This document shows positions 56,858 to 64,000 of a DNA stretch of 64,000 bases, in pieces; position 1 is the stretch's first letter, and each line of letters opens with the position of its first letter. The notes under the pieces were generated by a model, which searched no databases, was not told where the DNA came from, and saw only the letters and a program-made list of their open reading frames with translations. This stretch comes from Marinilabiliaceae bacterium. GTDB lineage: Bacteria > Bacteroidota > Bacteroidia > Bacteroidales > VadinHA17. The stretch covers positions 24,302 through 88,301 of the forward strand of contig JAZBNV010000137.1 in NCBI GenBank assembly GCA_036350795.1, given 5' to 3'. The position numbers and the translations under genes were made by a program.

Positions 56858-57220
56858 ATGACACATAAAGAAAAACACGAAAAACGTCATCCTGCATGGG
56901 GCTTCGGAGCATTCCTGGTTGCTTTTGGGCTTTTGCTTGGGGCGGTAATGCTCGATATCTTGAACCTGGGTACTCCGGGCGAATATGTAAAATGGCAGAT
57001 TCTTCTGCTTTTTATCGGACTGATATCATTGTTCAGCGGAAAACTTGGAGAAGCATTTATCCTTTTTGCAGTAGGAACATATTTTCTCCTTCCTGATCTT
57101 GATTTCTTTATTCCTGAATACCTCGATAAATTTTACTGGCCGGCTGCTATAGTAATTGTCGGACTTGGATTTATTATTAGTGGTATTATAAGGAGCTCAA
57201 CCAGAAAACTAAATCAATAA
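56858..57220 (+). CDS. small 4-TM membrane protein (LiaI/LiaF-like TM region)
   Basis: 120 aa. Its helices resemble the N-terminal TM region of the next ORF. Confidence 0.5.
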   Translation: MTHKEKHEKRHPAWGFGAFLVAFGLLLGAVMLDILNLGTPGEYVKWQILLLFIGLISLFSGKLGEAFILFAVGTYFLLPDLDFFIPEYLDKFYWPAAIVIVGLGFIISGIIRSSTRKLNQ

Positions 57221-57240
57221 AATTATTAAAACTCTATATC

Positions 57241-57975
57241 ATGGAAGATCATTCAGATTTTAACAGGAAACATCATCATGGATCAGCAACAAGCAAAATA
57301 GCCATTGGTGTTGTACTGATTGCCCTTGGCGCAATGCTTGTAATTGAGCGCACAGGCTTATTACCAAACTATTTCGAAGATATAATCTTCAGCTGGCAGA
57401 TGCTGCTTATAGCCATAGGCTTTGTGGTAACCCTGGGTTCAGGTAACCGTGGTCCCGGGCTCGTTCTTATGGCCGTGGGAGGCTTCTTCCTCCTGCCCGA
57501 AATTTTTGATATCCCCTTCAGGACCTACCGTTTATTCTGGCCGGCCGTATTTATTGTTGCCGGACTGGTAATCCTTACCAATGCCAGGTGGTTCAGATCT
57601 GAGAACTGGAGAAACAGGGAGTCGAGCTCGGCAGATGTAATTGACCACGTACATATTTTTGGCGGAGGAGAAAGAATCGTAAACTCGGATAATTTTAAGG
57701 GTGGCAGGGTTACAGCAATTTTTGGTGGCTCAGAAATTGACTTCACCCGTGCACAACTTGCCCCCGGAACAAACGAGCTTGAGGTTACCTGGATATTTGG
57801 AGGAGGTTCCTTAATTGTTCCCGGCAACTGGAATATTGTTATTGAGGTTACTCCGATCCTTGGAGGATTCTCTGATTCCAGGAAAATTGTGCCTGGAAAT
57901 CCGATAGATATGTCCAAAACCCTGGTTATTAAAGGAGTTTGTATCTTTGGAGGAGGAGAAATTAAATCATACTAA
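57241..57975 (+). CDS. LiaF-like protein (TM region + DUF2154-type beta-rich C-terminal domain)
   Basis: N-terminal TM helices. C-terminal repeated FGG blocks (IFGGGERIV, IFGGSEIDFTRA, WIFGGGSLIVPGNW, IFGGGEIKS) are typical of the cell-wall-active-antibiotic response protein family. Confidence 0.7.
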   Translation: MEDHSDFNRKHHHGSATSKIAIGVVLIALGAMLVIERTGLLPNYFEDIIFSWQMLLIAIGFVVTLGSGNRGPGLVLMAVGGFFLLPEIFDIPFRTYRLFWPAVFIVAGLVILTNARWFRSENWRNRESSSADVIDHVHIFGGGERIVNSDNFKGGRVTAIFGGSEIDFTRAQLAPGTNELEVTWIFGGGSLIVPGNWNIVIEVTPILGGFSDSRKIVPGNPIDMSKTLVIKGVCIFGGGEIKSY

Positions 57976-57986
57976 AAAGTGGCTTA

Positions 57987-59039
57987 ATGATTCACCCGAT
58001 AACGGCTGCAAAATCAAGATTTATAGTGTGGTGGCTGATCTGGCTTCTTACAGGGCTGGGTCAGTCGCTGCTTATATTTTTTGTTAGCGACCTGGATTTA
58101 ATCACTTCCTTTGTGGATGGCTTTGCATCAGCCATAATTTACAGTATCCTGGCTGCAGTGATCTGGTTCCCGATACAACAGCTTAACCAGCACAAAAACA
58201 ATAGCATAACCCTGCTGAGTAACCACCTGGTAATACTAATAATGACCGTTATGCTGTGGCTTCTGGGGGTCAGGCTTATTGCATCAGCGATTACAGCAAA
58301 CAGGGACGCCTATAAGATATTCTGGGATCAATCATTTTATTACAGGCTTGCTGCGGGGATCTTTATCTATGCCCTGATAAGTCTTTCATATTACCTGATG
58401 ATAAGCGTTGAAAATATCAACCGGAAAAATATCAGGCAGGCGAACCTGGAAAATATGCTGCGTGAAACTGAATTAATGATGCTCAGGTCGCAGATAAATC
58501 CGCATTTCCTTTTTAACAGTCTTAATTCTATAAGCTCGCTTACCATAACCAACCCGGAAAAAGCCAGGGCTATGATTGTAAAACTCTCTGAATTTATGCG
58601 ATATGCACTTTCAAGGAAAGACGAACAGTTTGTAGCCCTGGGCAAAGAACTTGAAAACCTGCGGCTTTACCTGGAAATAGAAAAAGTGAGATTTGGAGAA
58701 AAACTTGTACTGGAAGAAAATACACTGGAAAGCTCCCTGAAGATCGAAATTCCAAATATGATATTACAGCCTCTGTTCGAAAACGCAATAAAACATGGCG
58801 TATATGAAAGCCTTGAAAGTGTTTTTATCAGGCTCGATACAATAGACTCAGATGCAGGAACAATAATCAGGATTACCAATAACTTCGACCCCGAAAGCAT
58901 TCCTGCAAAAGGAACCGGTACCGGATTGCAAAATGTGCAGCGCAGGCTCGACATATTCTATAATGGAAATTCATCGCTGTACACAAAAAAAGAGAACAAT
59001 ACATTTATTGCAGAAATATTTGTGCCTAAGAAGAAGTAA
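57987..59039 (+). CDS. sensor histidine kinase, LytS/YehU-type, membrane-embedded sensor
   Basis: About 5 TM helices, then NPHFLFNSLNSISSL (His_kinase) and HATPase motifs ENAIKHG and GTGTGL. Confidence 0.85.
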   Translation: MIHPITAAKSRFIVWWLIWLLTGLGQSLLIFFVSDLDLITSFVDGFASAIIYSILAAVIWFPIQQLNQHKNNSITLLSNHLVILIMTVMLWLLGVRLIASAITANRDAYKIFWDQSFYYRLAAGIFIYALISLSYYLMISVENINRKNIRQANLENMLRETELMMLRSQINPHFLFNSLNSISSLTITNPEKARAMIVKLSEFMRYALSRKDEQFVALGKELENLRLYLEIEKVRFGEKLVLEENTLESSLKIEIPNMILQPLFENAIKHGVYESLESVFIRLDTIDSDAGTIIRITNNFDPESIPAKGTGTGLQNVQRRLDIFYNGNSSLYTKKENNTFIAEIFVPKKK

Positions 59040-59047
59040 ATAGAACA

Positions 59048-59803
59048 ATGGAAAAGAAAATCGGAATACTGATAATTGAAGATGAACTGCCGGCCCGCGA
59101 GCTACTGAAGCACTTTCTTACCGGCAACAACAGTGTTGAACTTCTTGGAGAATGCCCTGACGGGTTCTGCGGACTGAAAATGATTAAGGAATTAAAACCA
59201 GACCTGCTCCTGCTTGACATTCAAATGCCCAAGCTAACCGGGTTTGAACTCCTGGAGGTACTGGAAGAAAAGCCGGAAATAATCTTTACAACGGCCTACG
59301 ACCACTATGCAATTAAGGCTTTTGACATGAATGCCATTGATTACCTCCTGAAACCTTTTTCACAGGAAAGGTTTAATGAAGCACTGGACAAAGCAATAAC
59401 AAGAATCCGGAAAGGAAATACAAAAGATTTCAGTATTGAAAAAATAAACGAGTCCCTTCCTGAAGAAGAGAGGGGAATATCACGTATTGTAGTAAGAAAA
59501 GGAAATGCTATAAAGTTTATACCTGTAGCTTCGATAGATTATATCCTGGCCGAAGACGATTATGTAATGATCTGGCATGCAGAAGGCAAAGCCCTGAAGC
59601 AACAAACCATGAAATTCTACGAAAACAATCTTCCCGAAGAAGAATTTGCCAGGATCCACCGTTCTGCAATAGTGAGGATAAGCAATATTGAAAGAATTGA
59701 ACCCTATGGCAAAGATACCTACCGCGCTGTACTCAAAAATGGTAATTCCCTGCCGGTAAGCCGTAGCGGCTATAAAACCCTGAAGGAGAGGCTAAGATTT
59801 TAG
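59048..59803 (+). CDS. LytTR-family response regulator
   Basis: REC domain (ILIIEDE...LLLLDIQMP) with a C-terminal LytTR domain (IDYILAEDDYVMIW...RIHRSAIV). Confidence 0.9.
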   Translation: MEKKIGILIIEDELPARELLKHFLTGNNSVELLGECPDGFCGLKMIKELKPDLLLLDIQMPKLTGFELLEVLEEKPEIIFTTAYDHYAIKAFDMNAIDYLLKPFSQERFNEALDKAITRIRKGNTKDFSIEKINESLPEEERGISRIVVRKGNAIKFIPVASIDYILAEDDYVMIWHAEGKALKQQTMKFYENNLPEEEFARIHRSAIVRISNIERIEPYGKDTYRAVLKNGNSLPVSRSGYKTLKERLRF

Positions 59804-59817
59804 GATAGCTTATCTTT

Positions 59818-60123
59818 TCACTTCTTTCTTTCCTTCAACCTTTTCGATCTCTTCCACCTGCCGGAATAAGTATACCAGGCACCGTAGCGCTTTACCCAGA
59901 GCAGGGGTGCCGGATCATAGCCATGAGTACCCCCCGGCCTGCACCTTAGAAACCTGTTTGTTCCCAGTATCAGGCCCCGCAGAGGACCAGTGTTCCTGAT
60001 AGCATTAATAGCATATTCAGAACATGTTGGTGTATGCCGGCATGATGGTCCGCTAAGCGGCGAAATAAACCAGCGGTAAATATATATTGGTACCAGCAAA
60101 AAAGTACCCAGTATCTTTTTCAT
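59818..60123 (-). CDS. yidD: membrane protein insertion efficiency factor YidD (with basic C-terminal tail)
   Basis: YRWFISPLSGPSCRHTPTCSEYA signature. The start could be 60123 or 60132. Confidence 0.85.
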   Translation of the reverse strand: MKKILGTFLLVPIYIYRWFISPLSGPSCRHTPTCSEYAINAIRNTGPLRGLILGTNRFLRCRPGGTHGYDPAPLLWVKRYGAWYTYSGRWKRSKRLKERKK

Positions 60124-60261
60124 CACTCGCATCTGCGCAAAGATAAGGCAAATATGATTTAGGTGATGAAGATCACCATTACAAGGAGATGCATATTATG
60201 GATATATTTTACGTAATTGTGGAAATAAATGCCATTTTTGTGCTTCGCTTAACTACTGAAG

Positions 60262-63200
60262 ATGAAAGACCCTGAAAGATTATTAGAGAAACTTCAGCTT
60301 GAAATAAATTCTCTAAATATTGCTCTTAAAGAAAAGGAAAACTTTTGTATTGAATCAAGGCAAAGGTTCGAAAAAGCTCTTATGGCAAGCCAGGACTCGG
60401 TGTGCATAATTGACCTGGAAGAATACAAAATACTAAAGCTTAATAACAAGTTTGAGGAACATTTTGCATATTCACCTGAAGAGGTAATTGGTAAAACATC
60501 CTTAATGTTGAATTTCTGGGTGAAGCCCGAAAACAGAGATATAATAATCAGGGAAATTCAGCAGGCAGGTTCGGTCAGCAACTTCGAAGCCGATTTAAAA
60601 CGAAAAGACGGCAATACCTGTAAGGTATCTATCTCTGCAGAGAAAATAATATACGAAGCAAAAGATTGCCTGCTGGTATATTTAAAGGAAATCACCGAAC
60701 TGCGCAAAACCGAAAACCTCTACCGGCTGCTTGCAGATAATTCCACAGATGTAATCTGGATAATGCGACTTAATGGTAGCTTTAGCTATGTAAGTCCTTC
60801 GGTCGAGAAACTTCGGGGTTATAAACCCGAAGAAGTAATAAAGCAAAGGATGGAAGAGGTGATGACCGAATCATCTGCAAAAAAGGTGAGGATACTTATG
60901 CAAACATTCCTCGAGCATGACCAAAAAAGCCTTATTGAAGAAGATTCATTTAAAACAGAAATAGAACAAACCTGCAAAGACGGGTCTACTGTATGGACAG
61001 AAGTTATTGTAACTCCCATCAGGGGTGAAGATGGGAAAGTAAAGGAAGTACTTGGTGTAAGCCGAAATATTAAAGGTAAAAAAATTGCCGAACAGAAAGC
61101 CACAGAAAGGCTGAACACTGTTGAGGGAATACTCAGATCAGCGCCTGTAGGAATAGGAATGCTTATTGATCGCAAATTTGAAATGGTAAACGACCAGTTC
61201 TGCGAATTGCTGGGATACAGCCGCAGGGAAATTCTTGGCAGGAGCACACGCATTATATATGACAATGATGAAGAATTTGAGCGGGTTGGTAAAGAAAAAT
61301 ACAACGAAATAAAACTTAGCGGGAAAGGCCAGATACAAACCAGGATGAGGAAAAAAGACGGATCGGTATTTGATGTCCTGGTCAGTTCGTCACCTGTCGA
61401 CCAGTCAAACATTAAAAAAGGTGTTGTTTTCAATATCCTCGACCTGTCTGCAACAACAGAAGCAGAATCAAGGCTGGCCCTGAATGAAAAAAAATATAAT
61501 TCATATTTCAATAATATCAATGATGCAATCCTTGTGCATCAGTGGAATAATGGTAATCGGACTTTTGTTGAAGCTAATGATATTGCCTGTAAATTATATG
61601 GTTATACAAGGGATGAACTTCTAAGACTTACTCCTTCCGATATTGCAATACCAGAAGATGTGGCAAAAACCTCGCGAAAAGACAGCAGTAAAAATCCCGC
61701 GGAAATAGGTCCTGAAATCTTTGAAACAACCCATATCAGGAAAGATGGCTCAACTTTTCCTGTTGAAATATCATCCAATATTATTGATATTGACAATACA
61801 ACTTTAATACTCTCGGTTGTAAGGGATATTTCAGAAAGAAAGAAAACACGCGAAGCCCTGGAAGAAAGCGAGCAAAATTACAGGGAAATGTTTGAGAACT
61901 CCCCGGAGGCAATGGTATCAATTGATAAACTGGGTTTTGTTACAAACTGTAATAATGTTTTCTACCAGCTATCCGGAAGAAAGCCTGAAGAGATTTTAAA
62001 TAAGCACTTTGCAAAACTTGGGCTTCTGAAACCTAAGAATCTTCCAAAATACCTGAAGCTGTTTACAGAACTGATTTTAAAAAGAGAAACCCATGTTGTT
62101 GAACTGGAATGGCTCGACCCGGAAGGAAAAGAGTGCACGGCAACAGCTCATATTGCTCCGATTATTCATAACAATAAAATAACGGGCCTGCAGATGCTGA
62201 TTAAAGACACTTCATCTCAAAAAGAATATGAAAGTAACCTTATAAAGGCAAAAGAAAAAGCAGAAGAAAGCGACAGACTTAAAACATCCTTCCTGGAAAC
62301 AATGTCTCATGAGCTAAGAACACCTCTTAATGCTGTTATAGGTTTCAGCAACCTTATTAATGACGAAGATAATATACAGAATATTAAGGAAATGAATAAG
62401 TATGTTTCTGACAATGGTAAAAAACTGCTTAGTATTATTGAATCAATTTTTGATATTTCCCTGCTCGAAACCAGGTCAACAATCCTGAAAACAGAAGAGT
62501 TTGCACTTAAGGATCTTTTTGACGAACTGGAAATAACCATAAACAGCCTTATTCAGCTTGAGAATAAGAAAGAAATTCTTACTTATTACCAGCCCGACAG
62601 GCGTAATGAGCAACTAAAAATAAAAAGTGACAGGCAGAGGCTTAAACAGCTGCTTTCAAACCTTCTCACCAATGCTGTAAGATATACTGATAAAGGTTCG
62701 ATAAGATATGGCTACAGTGTAAGGAAAAACGAGATTGAATTCTTTGTTGCCGATACGGGTATTGGAATTCCTCCAGGCAGGCAGGCAGATATCTTTAATA
62801 AGTTTACCCAGGTAGATGCGTCTGCAACAAGAACAAGGGGTGGACTGGGCCTCGGTTTATCTATTGTAAGCGAAATTGCCAGGCTTCTTGGTGGCCGGGT
62901 AAGGGTTGATTCGGTAAGAAACAGCGGATCAACTTTCTACTTTAATCTCCCCCTCAAAGCGATAAACGAAAAACGTGAAGGCTTTGGGCTGGATCTCTCT
63001 GGCAGGAATATCCTTATTGTTGAAGACGTAGAATCGAACTACCTCTACCTCGAAAAACTCCTGACCGAGTCGGGGGCAACTGTGCTATGGGCACAGACGG
63101 GCCAGGATGCAATTACAATAGCTGAAAAGCTTGAAAAAATTGACCTGGTCCTTATGGATATCAGGATACCCGACATGGATGGTTATGCTATTACAAGAAA

Positions 63201-63387
63201 AATCAAGGAGCTCAGGCCCGAGGTCCCGGTAATAGCACAAACTGCCTATGCTATGTCGGGAGATAAGGAAGAAGCCCTTGACGCAGGATGTGTAGCCCAT
63301 ATTTCAAAACCTATCAGGGTAAACGACCTGATTGATGCAATAAGCAAGCACCTTCAGCTCTCCAAATCTCACCATTTTACAATTTAG
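60262..63387 (+). CDS. hybrid sensor histidine kinase with multiple PAS domains, HisKA, HATPase_c and C-terminal receiver
   Basis: Repeated PAS/PAC blocks and the H-box SHELRTPLNAV. ATPase motifs DTGIGIP and GGLGLGLS. Receiver VLMDIRIPDMDG...KP. No TM segment is obvious. Confidence 0.9.
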   Translation: MKDPERLLEKLQLEINSLNIALKEKENFCIESRQRFEKALMASQDSVCIIDLEEYKILKLNNKFEEHFAYSPEEVIGKTSLMLNFWVKPENRDIIIREIQQAGSVSNFEADLKRKDGNTCKVSISAEKIIYEAKDCLLVYLKEITELRKTENLYRLLADNSTDVIWIMRLNGSFSYVSPSVEKLRGYKPEEVIKQRMEEVMTESSAKKVRILMQTFLEHDQKSLIEEDSFKTEIEQTCKDGSTVWTEVIVTPIRGEDGKVKEVLGVSRNIKGKKIAEQKATERLNTVEGILRSAPVGIGMLIDRKFEMVNDQFCELLGYSRREILGRSTRIIYDNDEEFERVGKEKYNEIKLSGKGQIQTRMRKKDGSVFDVLVSSSPVDQSNIKKGVVFNILDLSATTEAESRLALNEKKYNSYFNNINDAILVHQWNNGNRTFVEANDIACKLYGYTRDELLRLTPSDIAIPEDVAKTSRKDSSKNPAEIGPEIFETTHIRKDGSTFPVEISSNIIDIDNTTLILSVVRDISERKKTREALEESEQNYREMFENSPEAMVSIDKLGFVTNCNNVFYQLSGRKPEEILNKHFAKLGLLKPKNLPKYLKLFTELILKRETHVVELEWLDPEGKECTATAHIAPIIHNNKITGLQMLIKDTSSQKEYESNLIKAKEKAEESDRLKTSFLETMSHELRTPLNAVIGFSNLINDEDNIQNIKEMNKYVSDNGKKLLSIIESIFDISLLETRSTILKTEEFALKDLFDELEITINSLIQLENKKEILTYYQPDRRNEQLKIKSDRQRLKQLLSNLLTNAVRYTDKGSIRYGYSVRKNEIEFFVADTGIGIPPGRQADIFNKFTQVDASATRTRGGLGLGLSIVSEIARLLGGRVRVDSVRNSGSTFYFNLPLKAINEKREGFGLDLSGRNILIVEDVESNYLYLEKLLTESGATVLWAQTGQDAITIAEKLEKIDLVLMDIRIPDMDGYAITRKIKELRPEVPVIAQTAYAMSGDKEEALDAGCVAHISKPIRVNDLIDAISKHLQLSKSHHFTI

Positions 63388-63483
63388 AGTACCCCTCTTT
63401 ACTGACAGACTGGCATTTTATTGCCCTGTTTTCAAAATGGCATCAATTTTGAATTTATCAGGGAAATTATAAAGGACAGTAAA

Positions 63484-64000
63484 ATGACAATCTGGATAAT
63501 ATTTATAGCATTTATGATTCTGAGCTGGCTGGTAAGCCACCAGATGAAGGTACGTTTCAGGAAATACTCAAAAATTCCTGTAGGGAATGGAATGTCCGGG
63601 AAGGAGATCGTTGAAAAAATGCTCAGGGACAATAATATAAGTGGTGTGAAAATCGGAAGTGTAAAGGGCCAGCTAAGCGATCATTACAACCCGGTAAATA
63701 AAACAATTAACCTGAGTCATGAAGTTTACCACGGCACCAGTATAGCATCAGCTGCAGTTGCGGCACATGAATGCGGGCATGCAATTCAACATGCCAGGGC
63801 ATACAGCTGGCTGGGTTTAAGGTCAAAGCTTGTTCCGGCAGCAAGCTTTGCATCAAGATATGTACAATGGATCCTTCTGCTGGGAATTATACTTGTGCAG
63901 TCGAGGCCGGAAATATTACTGGCCGGTATAGCCCTGTTCGCAATTACAACCTTTTTTACAATAATTACCCTTCCGGTTGAGGTAAATGCCAGCAAAAGAG
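63484..64000 (+). CDS. YugP-type putative neutral zinc metallopeptidase (Zn_peptidase_2), 3' end outside window
   Basis: Not in the supplied ORF track. My own translation from the ATG at 63484 gives MTIWIIFIAFMILSWLVSHQMKVRFRKYSKIPVGNGMSGKEIVEKML...AAVAAHECGHAIQHA... with no stop to nt 64000. It has an HExxH motif and TM helices typical of the family. Confidence 0.75.
   Translation, partial: MTIWIIFIAFMILSWLVSHQMKVRFRKYSKIPVGNGMSGKEIVEKMLRDNNISGVKIGSVKGQLSDHYNPVNKTINLSHEVYHGTSIASAAVAAHECGHAIQHARAYSWLGLRSKLVPAASFASRYVQWILLLGIILVQSRPEILLAGIALFAITTFFTIITLPVEVNASKR

Noticed and set aside
60819-61520. 233-aa minus-strand ORF inside the hybrid histidine kinase gene
   Set aside because: It is antisense to a CDS with clear PAS/HisKA motifs. 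The serine/leucine-rich translation has no recognisable domain.
63432-63632. 66-aa minus-strand ORF listed in the track
   Set aside because: The opposite strand carries a much longer open frame with an HExxH peptidase signature (63484 onward).

Overview
This is a dense 64-kb chromosomal window that is best explained as a Bacteroidota genome. That placement is an inference from several signs: split F-type ATPase loci (atpZ/I-B-E-F-H-A-G and atpD-C) with an 88-aa epsilon subunit, a DUF2723/GT117-type giant membrane protein, LytS-type kinases, TAnnTTTG-like promoter boxes and very short intergenic spacers. I can support about 62 protein-coding genes. By eye I found no rRNA, tRNA, CRISPR array, transposase or integrase. 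Gene content by block: (1) 0-12.7 kb holds a BNR-repeat protein (5' truncated), a PpsR-type kinase/pyrophosphorylase, a LuxR-type regulator with a LytS-type kinase, DUF502, a sialate O-acetylesterase and two tandem M14 carboxypeptidases. (2) 12.7-19.2 kb holds a Fur-family/peroxiredoxin operon, an SDR, an FNR-like reductase with RlmN, and a 728-aa KamA-like radical-SAM protein. (3) 19.3-32.0 kb is the stand-out. It is a 13-gene co-directional cluster that joins dedicated PAPS synthesis (cysC-cysD-cysN) to a membrane-anchored sulfotransferase. It also carries a KAS III-like condensing enzyme, an F390-synthetase/PaaK-like adenylating enzyme, an extended SDR, an MBL hydrolase, an alpha/beta hydrolase with a Cys nucleophile, an MMPL exporter and a DUF1214 protein. 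I read it as a candidate uncharacterised pathway for a sulfated or sulfonation-activated lipid. (4) 32-44 kb holds a methyltransferase, ThuA, two tandem Cys-rich mini-lipoproteins, a PP2C phosphatase, an orphan receiver, DUF2723, a 959-aa HExxH/PD40 protein and a DDC-like decarboxylase. (5) 44-56.7 kb holds the ATP synthase genes, a polyprenyl synthase, bactofilin and yceD-rpmF-plsX-fabH. (6) 56.8-64 kb holds a LiaF-like + LytS/LytTR module, yidD, a multi-PAS hybrid kinase and a 3'-truncated YugP-type zinc peptidase that is missing from the ORF track. All family assignments come from motif recognition and recall. No database search was run.
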